64,000 nucleotides of DNA from Myxococcota bacterium (lineage in GTDB: Bacteria; Myxococcota_A; SURF-8): NCBI GenBank assembly GCA_965140415.1, contig OZ223209.1, positions 672,001-736,000 of the forward strand. Direction: 5' to 3'. How positions within the stretch are numbered: position 1 is the stretch's first letter; the number at the start of each line of letters is the position of its first letter. Shown here piece after piece: positions 46,228-56,405 of this stretch. The translations under genes were made by a program, and so were the position numbers. Below the pieces are notes generated by a model that ran no database searches, was not told where the DNA came from, and saw only the letters and a program-made list of their open reading frames with translations.

Positions 46228-47160
46228 ATGCCGGGTATTGGAGTCATCAATAATCCGAAAGCCAGACAGAATCTCAAAAACCCCGATCGCATCCGGTTGC
46301 TGGCCTATATTCTTGGAGACAAAGGCGATAGCAAAGCCACGCAGAATTTCGACGAACTGGAAGACAGTTTAAAGGAGTTCAAGCGGCGTGAAATCGATAT
46401 CTTGGCTGTCAACGGCGGCGACGGAAGCAATCACGTCACCTTGACGAAACTGATCGAAGTCTACGGCGATCAGCCCCTGCCGAAAATCGCATTGTTACGC
46501 GGGGGAACGCTTAATACCATTTCCTGCGCCTTTGGAATCAAGGGCAAACCCGCGTATCTGTTGCACAACCTGGCAGACAAGTATGGCCACGGCGAAGAAT
46601 TCACCACCATGGATGCGGACTTGATGAACTGTAATGGAAAGTACAGCTTTCTATTCGGAAATGGTGTAGTTGCCAATTTCATGCATACCTACTACAGTTC
46701 CGGTACGCCATCGCCCACTCAGGGCGTGATTACGCTGGTAAAAGGGATTGCCTCTGCGATTACGGGAACCCAACTCGCCAAGGGTTGGTTCAAACCGGTA
46801 AAGGCAAAAGTAACTGTCGATGGCGAAGTGTTGCCGTTTGAACAGTTTTCATCGATCATGGCAGGCACGATGACGGATATCGGCGTGGGGTTTAAACCCT
46901 GGTACCGCGCTTTCGATGAACCACATACCTTTCATATTTTGTTTCTTACATGCAAACCGCTGGAATTACTCCCTGAAGTTCCTCGTTTCTATTTTGCCCG
47001 ACCGATTCATCCTAAAAATGGGAGTGAAACACTGGCCAAGCATGTTCTGATCGAAGCCGAAGAAGCGTTCCATTTCACGCAAGATGGCGACTTGTACACT
47101 TGCGATGATGGGCGCATGGATATTTCCATCGGACCGCGTGTGACCATGATCATCGAATAA
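46228..47160 (+). CDS. Diacylglycerol/lipid kinase family protein
   Basis: INNP, NGGDGS, GGTLN and QDGD motifs. Confidence 0.85.
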   Translation: MPGIGVINNPKARQNLKNPDRIRLLAYILGDKGDSKATQNFDELEDSLKEFKRREIDILAVNGGDGSNHVTLTKLIEVYGDQPLPKIALLRGGTLNTISCAFGIKGKPAYLLHNLADKYGHGEEFTTMDADLMNCNGKYSFLFGNGVVANFMHTYYSSGTPSPTQGVITLVKGIASAITGTQLAKGWFKPVKAKVTVDGEVLPFEQFSSIMAGTMTDIGVGFKPWYRAFDEPHTFHILFLTCKPLELLPEVPRFYFARPIHPKNGSETLAKHVLIEAEEAFHFTQDGDLYTCDDGRMDISIGPRVTMIIE

Positions 47161-47339
47161 TCCCCGCTGTAGATATTCAGCATACAGTTAGCTTGATTGG
47201 CTTATCTCCTATCCCGTTGAAAACTCGACATATTTGCAACCAAAGACTGTCTATTTTGAGTAGACAGCTCAAGCCATTGACAAATGACAAAGCCTACATT
47301 CTAGCAGGGCTCCTGTCCTGCTCCTTGAGATTTCAGACA

Positions 47340-47521
47340 TGTACCGGTTCTTAATCATTTCTAGCCACAGATTCTGTTAGTTTGTGCCATAGTCTTACGC
47401 GATCGAAGATCGTGGAAGGCTGTGTATCTTCAACAAGTTACACCCGGCCTCCCGGAACTTTCATTCCGTGAGACCATGGCACATCCCGATTACTCGATGG
47501 GCAGAAATGAATGCTATCTTA
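47340..47521 (-). mobile_element. ~185-bp structured dispersed repeat, copy E (inverted)
   Basis: Reverse complement is colinear with copy A over its full length. Confidence 0.85.
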
Positions 47522-47711
47522 CGTTGGAGCATGGACTCCTGTCCTGCTTCATCACATAGACAGTGTGAAAATTTATCTGTATATAATTAGTATACAGATA
47601 TAAACCGTAATTCTATAATATTACATGAGTTTTTAAAGACAGGTACACGAATACTCGTGTTTAAAAGCCAGTTGTTTGTTGCCAAATAGTATTATGAATA
47701 GATACACCGGC

Positions 47712-48152
47712 TTATCCGAATAGCTTTGCGTGCTCCACCTTGATGCATTTGGATTGCACCATCTGTAAGCCTGCGGCGCGCACCTTTTCAGCAGATTCGT
47801 GATGCGCCAAACCCAGTTGCAGCCAGACCGCTTTGGGATGAATGGCAATGGCTTCCTGGACAACGCCCGGTACGGCTTCAATTTTACGAAAAACATCTAC
47901 AATATCCACCGGTTCCGGTATCGACGCCAGATCTGGATAGCTTTTCTGCCCCAAGATCTCCTGTTTCACCGGATTCACGGGGATCACGCGATATCCCTTT
48001 TCAATCAAGTACTTGGCCACTTTATAGCTATCCCGTTCCGGTTTGTCGGAAAGTCCTACAATGGCAATGGTACGGCTCTCTTCCAGCAGGCCTCGCAGGG
48101 TTTCATCCGCAGGGTTTCCATCCGGCATTTCGCAAACAATCTTTTCGTCCAT
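47712..48152 (-). CDS. CoA-binding protein (YccU-like)
   Basis: IAIVGLSDKPERDS, VIPVNP, VDIVDVFR and VWLQLG motifs. Confidence 0.92.
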   Translation of the reverse strand: MDEKIVCEMPDGNPADETLRGLLEESRTIAIVGLSDKPERDSYKVAKYLIEKGYRVIPVNPVKQEILGQKSYPDLASIPEPVDIVDVFRKIEAVPGVVQEAIAIHPKAVWLQLGLAHHESAEKVRAAGLQMVQSKCIKVEHAKLFG

Positions 48153-48626
48153 GTGATTTCCCTTTTCGGTTAACTCATCGATATCTAATAACTTAAATCG
48201 GATTCGATGAATTGCAAGGGCTTTTTATTTTTCTGTTCAGTGTTTATACAGAATAGACAGTTCGTGTTTGCGATCACATGGTAGCATTTCAATAAGTTGG
48301 AGCAATACTCACGCCTGCACATCAATTCCCTTTCAACATGTAAACGATTTCAATGGTGTATTCGAACCGGCTACAGATAAGGTCTGGTTTTTATTGGCTC
48401 TAACTGTCTAATGAATATATACATCTCTGGTTTCATCAACCGCTTTTGTGTTCCTTTACGAAATTGAAAATTCGATTAAAAAGTCCTGACATGCCGCTCG
48501 TTTCGCTTTTCAAATCATGAATTTATGTTATGCTGTCGCCTGGCTCGTCCATCAAACACATTGGGGAAGCTTGCTCGAACCGAAACAAATAGAATGCGGC
48601 AGATGCAGAAGTCGGCTTCACAAACT

Positions 48627-50570
48627 ATGCGGGGATGGAAACCTTTCTATTTACAGTTGCTGACTCTTGTCTTTTCTCTCGTGCTGGTCTGTCAAGGTGG
48701 TTGTGCAAGTGTCGAGGAAAAGGACGATCTACCGCCTAAACCCCTGATCAAGAAGATCGAATTCGTCGGCGTTACCATCGCAGACAAGGATGAATTAATC
48801 CAATATCTCTACATGGATGAGACCTCCTGGCTGGAGGCTATCGGCTTGGCCGATCCTCACTATTACATCTCCAATTTCACGATTGAAGACAAGCAGCGGC
48901 TGGAGCGATACTACGAATCTTTCGGTTATTACCATGCCAAAGTCACGGATATCGAAGCGCTGCCCTTAAATAAAGATGGCAGCAAAGTAAAGGTTCGAAT
49001 AGCGGTAGAGGAAGGTCAACCGGCACTCGTGCGCGATGTCGCCTTTCACTGGTCCTCCTCCATCGAAGAGAAAGCGGCAGTCGAGTCTCGAAGCAAGCTG
49101 ATCCGGGGAAAAGCCTTTAGTATGGCAGCGTTGACTGAAAGTGCGGCTGAATTACAACTTGCGCTGAATGAACGCGGTTATGCCCTGGCCAGTGTCAAAG
49201 AACACGCAAAAGTCAATCGTGATGACAACTGGGCCGATATCGACTTCGCCATCACCCCCGGTCCGAAGTGCCATATCGGACAAATTCGTTTTATTGGGCT
49301 GGCAACCATCCCGCAAAAGCTGGTGGAAGTGGAAATCCACTTCGCTTACGATCAGGCCTACAGTCCGACATTGATCGCCCAGATCGAAAAAAGCGTGTAC
49401 GCCATGGATGTCTTCAACACCGTAGATGTTCAACCGGCAAAAGCTTTGAATGAGCAGGGACTTCTGGACATAACAATTCAGGTAGTGGAAGGTCAGCACC
49501 AACGGCTAAAGGTTGGAGGTGGCATCGGTATCGAGCCGAATCGCTGGGACGGACACCTGAAACTTCAATACACCCATTACAATCTGGGTAGGCAGTTGAT
49601 CCGTTTCGATCTAAGTGCGCTGGCCGGTTATGCCGTTTTGCCTTATCCCTGGGATGTAAAGGAACATGGTCCGATCTTCAAGGTTCAACCCTGGTTTAAA
49701 AAGAAAGGCTGGCTGGAGTCGCAACTGGTCTGGTCGTTACAACCGTCGTTTGAATTGGGTGTGGAGGAAGGCTACCAGTTTCACGCCACCAAGTTACGGG
49801 TGGGGTTATCGCGTTTTCTGTTCAAATTCACTCTGGCCGAAATCAGCTACAACGCGCATTTCTTCGATTTCTTCGATAAATCCCCGGCGTTTGACAGCAA
49901 TAAAACCCTTTTGGGTCGCGATTTCATGGACCCCTTTTTCGTGGACTATTTTGAAGTCGGGTACACCTTATTCTTTACCGACGATTTCCTGGAACCGAAA
50001 AACGGTGTCACGCTGGGTGCGCGTTTTACGATTGCCGGTAGCTGGATGGGCAGTGATTACGACTTTATGACTGTCACGCCGGAAGTAAAAGGGTATTGGC
50101 AGGTCTTCTCTCATTTACAGATCGCAGCCCGCGCCCGCACCGGTCTGTTATTTCCCTATGGTTCCAAACCGGGAGCGCCGATCTCGATGAAACTCTATCT
50201 TGGTGGTTCCGATACCGTGCGCGGTTGGGGCTTGAAGCGCCTGTCGCCACGCATACAGGATTGCAGCGACGGCAGTTGCCGCAGCATTCCCATTGGTGGA
50301 CATACCAGTATTCTTGGTAATTTCGAATTGCGGTTCATGACGATCAAGCAGCTTTTTATCGTACCGTTTTTCGATTTCGGCGATGTACAGGAGGGAGAGG
50401 CCGACTACAAGCCGAGCAAGTGGAACTACTCCACCGGCGGGGGACTGCGCTACGCCAGTCCGATCGGAAAATTCCGTCTTGATTTCGGTTGGCGGCTGAA
50501 CAACGATGCTGTCCGCTTTCCCGATGACAAGCGCTGGGCGATACATTTGAGTTTCGGAGAAACCTTTTAA
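48627..50570 (+). CDS. tamA: Omp85-family TamA-like outer membrane protein with POTRA domains
   Basis: Lipobox-like QGGC, three POTRA-like units, YLGGSDTVRGW, GLRYASPIG.FRLDFG, C-terminal FGETF; start uncertain (48525-48627). Confidence 0.85.
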   Translation: MRGWKPFYLQLLTLVFSLVLVCQGGCASVEEKDDLPPKPLIKKIEFVGVTIADKDELIQYLYMDETSWLEAIGLADPHYYISNFTIEDKQRLERYYESFGYYHAKVTDIEALPLNKDGSKVKVRIAVEEGQPALVRDVAFHWSSSIEEKAAVESRSKLIRGKAFSMAALTESAAELQLALNERGYALASVKEHAKVNRDDNWADIDFAITPGPKCHIGQIRFIGLATIPQKLVEVEIHFAYDQAYSPTLIAQIEKSVYAMDVFNTVDVQPAKALNEQGLLDITIQVVEGQHQRLKVGGGIGIEPNRWDGHLKLQYTHYNLGRQLIRFDLSALAGYAVLPYPWDVKEHGPIFKVQPWFKKKGWLESQLVWSLQPSFELGVEEGYQFHATKLRVGLSRFLFKFTLAEISYNAHFFDFFDKSPAFDSNKTLLGRDFMDPFFVDYFEVGYTLFFTDDFLEPKNGVTLGARFTIAGSWMGSDYDFMTVTPEVKGYWQVFSHLQIAARARTGLLFPYGSKPGAPISMKLYLGGSDTVRGWGLKRLSPRIQDCSDGSCRSIPIGGHTSILGNFELRFMTIKQLFIVPFFDFGDVQEGEADYKPSKWNYSTGGGLRYASPIGKFRLDFGWRLNNDAVRFPDDKRWAIHLSFGETF

Positions 50571-53500
50571 TGACCGAAGAACGGCAAACAACCGAGGCGA
50601 AGAGCAGCCTCAAGCGAAAACCCTGGTGGCGGAGGATCATCCGAGGGACGATTGTCGCTATCGGTTTTTTGGTGTTTGCGTTGTTAAGTTTTATCGTTTG
50701 GGCTTTGGGAACGAACGTCGGATTGACGGTCTTGTTGTATCGCGGGTTGGAATTTTACAACGATATGATTCCCGGTTCCATTCACGTTGCAGAAGTACGA
50801 GGCACAATCGTCGATGACTTCGAGTTGATCGGAGTGCAGGGGAAAACGGAACAGGGAGAGCAGCTTTTCCATTGTCGTTGCATAACGTTTTCCTGGTGGC
50901 CGGTTTTGTTGCCGACTGGCGACATCTTTGTAGAGCGGATCAAGTTGTATCACTCGACCGTTACACTCTACCCGGAGAGAGCCGGAGCAGGATTTTTGGA
51001 TCTCGCTCCTCGCTCCGATCCAAATGCACCGCCTCCACCTCCGGAACCCGAAAAAGAGCCGATGACTTCTTTTTCCCTGCCCTTGCCGATTCGCCTGATG
51101 CAATTTGAATTGGAGCATGTCGCTTTGCGGCAAGTGAAAAAGCAACGCCTTGAGAGTCTTGTGAATCTTGGAAGCTTTCGCTTGCAGGCAAATAGTCGAG
51201 GCGAAGAAATCCAGGGTATTCTGAAACTTCGTGCCCTCAACGCACCGGTGGCACAAGCCTACGTCAATTCTCTTCGATTCGAAGCTCACTGGCGGCGCGA
51301 TACCCTGCGCCTGCGTGATTTCAAGCTTGTTTCCAACCTTGCAAATGTCACGATTGCCGACAGTCTGTTCAATCCCTTCACGATAGATGGCAGAGCGGAT
51401 CTGACGGCACGCATACCGGAAAAGACGCTGACCCGTTACACCGGTTTGAAACTCGGTAGCAATACAACACTTCGATTGATCGCCGATGGTGGCCTTTCAG
51501 GCTTGGATATTCAATTGGATGCCGAATTGCCGCCAGCAATTTTGGAACTTAGCGGGGAAGCCGCATTGAAGCCGACTTCCAGTGCAAAGGTGAAGGCCCA
51601 CATCCACAATCTGGACTTCAAACGTTTCCAGTTGCCGGTGGATGGCGTTGCCAATCTGCAAATCGAAGCAGATGTAAAGGGCACGGATATCGACTCGTTA
51701 CAGGCAAACGCGACGGTTCAATGCCTGGATTGCAAAGTTGAAAAGCTTGGAAAGATCGAATTGCGCGCCATCACTTCCATGGTGCAGCGAACCGTCAAAG
51801 CGGATGTTACGACATCGGCCCGAGATCTTGCGGTCAAGGTAGACGCGACACTGGATAACTTCCAAGCGCTTGCAGCTAAGCTCTCTCTGCAAGCGCCCGA
51901 TCTTCGTTCGATTACGAGCTTGTTTTTAGCGGACCCGCTTTCCGGGGCCTTATCCCTAAACGCTGCCTGCAATGGTGATCTGCCATTTCCGGACTGCTCC
52001 GGCTCGGGGGAACTCAAGAAACTGGCGCTGGCGGATATCTCCCTGAAACAGGCGACACTTTCCTTTAGCAGCCAGATGCAAAACCAGACGCTGCATTTCG
52101 ATAGCGACCTGCACGCTACGGAATTATCCGCCAAGCCCGTGATTCTCAGCAGCATTGACTTGCAGGCTACCGGTTCCCCGGAGCAGATCGAAACGAAACT
52201 GGCGCTCGATGCGGCCAGCGATGGCAAGGGGCGCGTGAGTCTCTCGTTGCGGCCCGGTCCTCCTCTTCGGGTAACGTTGCACTCATTAACCGGAAACCTG
52301 CGCGAGATCCCACTGAAACTGGAAGAACCGAGTCGGATCGAAGTAAACTCCAGCCGCATTGCCGTGACGAAATTTCGTCTCGGTGTAGACAGCGGAGAAA
52401 TCAAGATCGACGGCTATTTCGACCCGAATTTAAGAAATCGCCTGTCGGTGAAATTACAGGAACTGGATCTGCTCAATCTGGCCAAGTTTGTCGAAGAGCC
52501 GATCCTGCAAGGTCGTTTGACGGCTGAATTCTCGTTGGATGGTGCAAGCTCGCAGCCGCAGGCGGACGTTCAGATCCTCATTGCGGACACCCAGGTAGAT
52601 GACCAACAGCTTGGCAACCTGAGCGTTCAAGCCGGATATCGCAATAGGCGATCCGATTTGTCCTTGTATTTGGAACGGGGTGAGCGCCGCCTGTTCGAAA
52701 TTCAGGCGAGTGCGCCGCTTGCAATGGATTTGCACCGCAACCACTTCGACTGGTTAAAAAACCAGAATCATTCCTTAAACCTAACCGTAAATGAAATCGG
52801 CGTACAGGATGTAGAGGAATGGGTGGAAATTCCCGAAGAGCTGGATTTCTCTTATTCTCTGACTGCACAGGCGCAAGGAAACATCTCGGAATACCAGGCC
52901 GATGTCAACCTTACGGGTTGGACTGCTCATCAACAATTAGAGCCGGTGCCGATGACGGTTCGGCTATCTGCAAATGAAGCGACACAACAGGTTTCCATCC
53001 AGTCCGACCCATCGAGTCCGCTGCCGCTAACGATCGAGGGACAGAGCGAGATCGATTTGGCAAGTGTGATGGAGGGGCATTTCGATCCGGCAAGCACGCC
53101 ACTGACAGCCAGTGTGGACATTCGCGAATTGGACTTGAAGCCATTCAATCCTTTTTTACCGGCTGGCGTTCACGATCTGCGCGGAATGTTCAGTACGCAT
53201 CTGCTGATCGACGGGACCGTGGATAACCCGCACCCCAAGGGTTTTGTTGCATTGAACAAAGGTGAAATGTCCCTGCTCAATATCTTAACGCCTTTCCGCA
53301 ACATCGGTCTGAAACTGGATATCGATGATACCCGGGCCGATTTGCAGACTCTTTCCGTCACTAGCGGCAAAGGCAAGCTGGAGCTGAAGGGTTGGGCCGA
53401 AATAGGAGATGGCGAAAGCATCGCCGCCGAATTGCAGGCGCAGATGAACGACTTCCAGATCGAGTTGCCCGGTGCGCCGCAGAGCTTTGTAGATGGCCGA

Positions 53501-54487
53501 GTCGCAGTCAACGCTTCCGGCGATAAGGACAAAATCCGGATCGACATCGGCCTGCGTGACATGCTGGTCGATGTGTACACCACGTTCACTAAAGCGCCCA
53601 AAGATGCCCCCTTAAATCCCAACGTGGTTTTCGTGGATGAAGAGGGCCTGAAGCAACAAATGAAGCAGCCGTTGAATCAGGACTCCCCCGAGATCATCGC
53701 CGAGCTTACACTTGAAACGCCCTTGATTATTAAGGGCGATTTCATGGATATGGAATGGGGCGGCGGTATCAGCGTTCACCTGCTGGGCGGAAACACCTCC
53801 GTAAACGGCCAGTTTGAGTTGGTGCGAGGGCGTTACGAGTTTTTAGGGAACAGTTTCAAAGTCGATGAAGCCTTGCTGAGCTTTCCACCCGGTACAAGTA
53901 ACGAACCTTTCCTTAACCTGGCTGCCAATGCAAGCATGCCCGATGCGGAAGTACTGATGATGATCAAGGGCCGGACCAGCGCACCCAAGTTGACTTTCCG
54001 CTCGCAGCCGCCCATGCCCGAGTACCAGATCTTCACCCTGCTGGTAACCGGAAATCTGGAAACCAATGAAGAAAGTCAGGACGAAGTTCAAGGCAAAGCG
54101 GCCAATCTGGGTAGTGGTTTGATCGCGTATCAATTCCCCCAGCTTCAACAGCAGCTCAAGCGCCGTCTGGGTATCGACCGCGTCGGTGTTTCTTTCGGCG
54201 AAACCGCCGATCAACCGATTCTTACGGTCGGCAAGCGCATCACGCGACGTATTTACGTCGAGTCCGCCTATCATCACAATGCACCGGACGACGTCAACCG
54301 CACGCAGGGCAAGGTTGAAATTCAACTGGTGCCGCGCTGGACGCTGGAAACTTTTTACGGTGATGCCAATATCGGCGGCATCGACGTGTTCTGGCACATG
54401 CCCTTTCCGGTAGGGACACAACCTCCCTTGCCTGAAACGCCACAAACCGAGCAAGCTCCCGATGATGAAACGCAAAATACTCCGTAG
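50570..54487 (+). CDS. tamB: TamB-like translocation and assembly module protein (DUF490)
   Basis: N-terminal TM, long beta-rich body, C-terminal P.L.F.S.P...VGKRITRRIYV; translationally coupled to tamA. Confidence 0.85.
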   Translation: MTEERQTTEAKSSLKRKPWWRRIIRGTIVAIGFLVFALLSFIVWALGTNVGLTVLLYRGLEFYNDMIPGSIHVAEVRGTIVDDFELIGVQGKTEQGEQLFHCRCITFSWWPVLLPTGDIFVERIKLYHSTVTLYPERAGAGFLDLAPRSDPNAPPPPPEPEKEPMTSFSLPLPIRLMQFELEHVALRQVKKQRLESLVNLGSFRLQANSRGEEIQGILKLRALNAPVAQAYVNSLRFEAHWRRDTLRLRDFKLVSNLANVTIADSLFNPFTIDGRADLTARIPEKTLTRYTGLKLGSNTTLRLIADGGLSGLDIQLDAELPPAILELSGEAALKPTSSAKVKAHIHNLDFKRFQLPVDGVANLQIEADVKGTDIDSLQANATVQCLDCKVEKLGKIELRAITSMVQRTVKADVTTSARDLAVKVDATLDNFQALAAKLSLQAPDLRSITSLFLADPLSGALSLNAACNGDLPFPDCSGSGELKKLALADISLKQATLSFSSQMQNQTLHFDSDLHATELSAKPVILSSIDLQATGSPEQIETKLALDAASDGKGRVSLSLRPGPPLRVTLHSLTGNLREIPLKLEEPSRIEVNSSRIAVTKFRLGVDSGEIKIDGYFDPNLRNRLSVKLQELDLLNLAKFVEEPILQGRLTAEFSLDGASSQPQADVQILIADTQVDDQQLGNLSVQAGYRNRRSDLSLYLERGERRLFEIQASAPLAMDLHRNHFDWLKNQNHSLNLTVNEIGVQDVEEWVEIPEELDFSYSLTAQAQGNISEYQADVNLTGWTAHQQLEPVPMTVRLSANEATQQVSIQSDPSSPLPLTIEGQSEIDLASVMEGHFDPASTPLTASVDIRELDLKPFNPFLPAGVHDLRGMFSTHLLIDGTVDNPHPKGFVALNKGEMSLLNILTPFRNIGLKLDIDDTRADLQTLSVTSGKGKLELKGWAEIGDGESIAAELQAQMNDFQIELPGAPQSFVDGRVAVNASGDKDKIRIDIGLRDMLVDVYTTFTKAPKDAPLNPNVVFVDEEGLKQQMKQPLNQDSPEIIAELTLETPLIIKGDFMDMEWGGGISVHLLGGNTSVNGQFELVRGRYEFLGNSFKVDEALLSFPPGTSNEPFLNLAANASMPDAEVLMMIKGRTSAPKLTFRSQPPMPEYQIFTLLVTGNLETNEESQDEVQGKAANLGSGLIAYQFPQLQQQLKRRLGIDRVGVSFGETADQPILTVGKRITRRIYVESAYHHNAPDDVNRTQGKVEIQLVPRWTLETFYGDANIGGIDVFWHMPFPVGTQPPLPETPQTEQAPDDETQNTP

Positions 54488-54620
54488 CTGGCGACGCATC
54501 AAAATCCAATCCATCTAAAGAATTCTATTGGAAATAATTCTTTCTTGACAAGCATTGCTGCTGCGACTATACACACTGTTCTAGTTGGACGATTTGTACT
54601 ATTCACGTGAAGGAGATGTT

Positions 54621-55046
54621 ATGAAGAGATCGTTGGTTTTTCTGTTGCTTGCCTTGTTCTGCCTCGTATGCTTCGTTCCCGCTTGCGGCGGCTCCGATGA
54701 CGACGACAATTCCACCACAGATGGCGATAGTGCTGATGGCGATAGCGCCGATGGCGATGAGTCCGCAAACGTCGAGACCATCGAGCTTTGCGGCGTGACC
54801 ATCGTCGATGATGTTTGTATCAGGGAAAATTGCAGTTACGAGTGGGAAAGTTGCATGGGTAATTGCGAATGCGTTTTGCTGCGCAAGTGTGACTTCGACT
54901 GTTACGCCTGCGAGGAAGATGGCAGCTGTGATGGATCGGACTGTCGGGATAGTTGCATGAGCGCGCATCGCACCGGAACGGCACAGATGGCGGATCTCGG
55001 TGAATGCCTGCAAAACAGTCAGGCTTGTCCGGATTCTGAGCTATAG
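54621..55046 (+). CDS. Small cysteine-rich lipoprotein with DGD repeats
   Basis: AGGAG RBS; lipobox VPAC; TDGDSADGDSADGD; 14 further cysteines. Confidence 0.8.
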   Translation: MKRSLVFLLLALFCLVCFVPACGGSDDDDNSTTDGDSADGDSADGDESANVETIELCGVTIVDDVCIRENCSYEWESCMGNCECVLLRKCDFDCYACEEDGSCDGSDCRDSCMSAHRTGTAQMADLGECLQNSQACPDSEL

Positions 55047-55142
55047 GTATGGCAAGGCTTTATAGCCTTGTTGATGATCGAGCCCCGATGCGTAATTGTA
55101 TCGGGGCTTTTTCGTATTTCCGGTTCTTGTTTAACCAGTAAA

Positions 55143-56405
55143 TTAGTGCTGCACGCAAAGCATTTCCGATTCTTCGAACAGGCGCGGAACGAATTCCGAA
55201 AAGACGAACGCAGAAGCCAGATCGCCGCCGATATCGCCGTTGCACAGTACGATAGCGCCGATTTTGCTTTCACGCCGGGTGTACATCATCGTGCTGATGC
55301 CGTCATCGTTTCCGGCATGTCCGAAACGGTCGGCTTCGTCGGACAGTTTGTAGTTCCAGATCAAGGCCTGGTCTTCATCCAGATCCGGTATCTGCAAGCG
55401 CAATGCTTCGTCTACGGAAGCCTTTTCAAGAATACGAACACCCTCGTACTCTCCATCACCTAGATAGGCCATCAGGTATCTGGCAAGATCGTGAATGGTC
55501 GTGTGCAATCCACCGGATGGATAGTTTGGATATCCGTATTGCGCCATCGCCGTCAATGTACCTTCGGAATCGTGCAGATAGGGAGTGGCAATCTGGTTAT
55601 CCGATAGATCAGCGAGATGATAAGCTGTCTTCGTCATATTCAAAGGTGTGAATATCGAATCTCGTACAAATTCAGCGTAGGATTTACCCACGGCGCGTTC
55701 GATGGCAAAGGCAGCCAATCCGGCTCCGATACAGGAATAAATTGAACGTGTGCCCGGCTCGTCCTCTTGAAACGCGGTCTCGGCATTGTACAAGCTGCCA
55801 TCCGGTGTTAGATAATCCTGTAAATATTGGCCAAGAGCGATGGGGGAGTCGCCGTTGACGTAGTGCTGCCGTTCGATCGTCCAGTTATCCTTGATGCCGC
55901 CGGTATGCGTAAGCAACATGCGTATCGTAATGTCGGTTTCGGGAAATTGCGGATGAACTACGGTAAATGGCAGGTAGGTATTTACAGGCTCATCCAGATC
56001 CAACACTCCCAGTTCCACCGCTTGTAATGCCGCCGTTGCAATGAATGTTTTCGAAATGGATGCGATCATAAACAACGTGTCGTCATCAACCGGAATCTCG
56101 TTTTCAACATCAGCCCAACCGAAATTTCTACTCCAGCAAATCCGGTTGCCTTGCAGAACCAAAGCGGCCATACCGGGGATATGCGCCTCCGCCATTTTCT
56201 CGGTGAAGTATTGGTCAAGTTCCGGCGTCGATGCTTGGTTGTCGGATTCCGAATCTTCCAACTCAGCGTCATTCCATTCGGATTCTTCCATTGTTTCCGA
56301 CGTGTCAAGGTCGCCGTCGGTGACTTTCGCATCGTCGCTGTTACACCCAGCTAGCAACGAGACAAAAACAAAAGAAACGAGTAAAAAGCATCGGATTCGT
56401 TTCAT
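55143..56405 (-). CDS. Serine hydrolase, beta-lactamase/AmpC-like family lipoprotein
   Basis: Lipobox LAGC; IASISK (SxxK), LLTHTGG, YSC (YxN position), PSGGL and GHAG motifs. Confidence 0.9.
   Translation of the reverse strand: MKRIRCFLLVSFVFVSLLAGCNSDDAKVTDGDLDTSETMEESEWNDAELEDSESDNQASTPELDQYFTEKMAEAHIPGMAALVLQGNRICWSRNFGWADVENEIPVDDDTLFMIASISKTFIATAALQAVELGVLDLDEPVNTYLPFTVVHPQFPETDITIRMLLTHTGGIKDNWTIERQHYVNGDSPIALGQYLQDYLTPDGSLYNAETAFQEDEPGTRSIYSCIGAGLAAFAIERAVGKSYAEFVRDSIFTPLNMTKTAYHLADLSDNQIATPYLHDSEGTLTAMAQYGYPNYPSGGLHTTIHDLARYLMAYLGDGEYEGVRILEKASVDEALRLQIPDLDEDQALIWNYKLSDEADRFGHAGNDDGISTMMYTRRESKIGAIVLCNGDIGGDLASAFVFSEFVPRLFEESEMLCVQH

Noticed and set aside
47310-47548. 13-bp direct repeat CTCCTGTCCTGCT as the target-site duplication of copy E
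   Set aside because: It is offset by about 15 bp from both element ends and other copies lack such duplications; better explained as separate REP-like units
47576-47596. LexA (SOS) box
   Set aside because: CTGT...ACAG spacing is 13 bp, not the 8 bp of the E. coli-type box
55143-56405. Antibiotic-resistance beta-lactamase
   Set aside because: YSC and HAG instead of YxN and KTG fit the broad esterase/peptidase branch; resistance cannot be inferred
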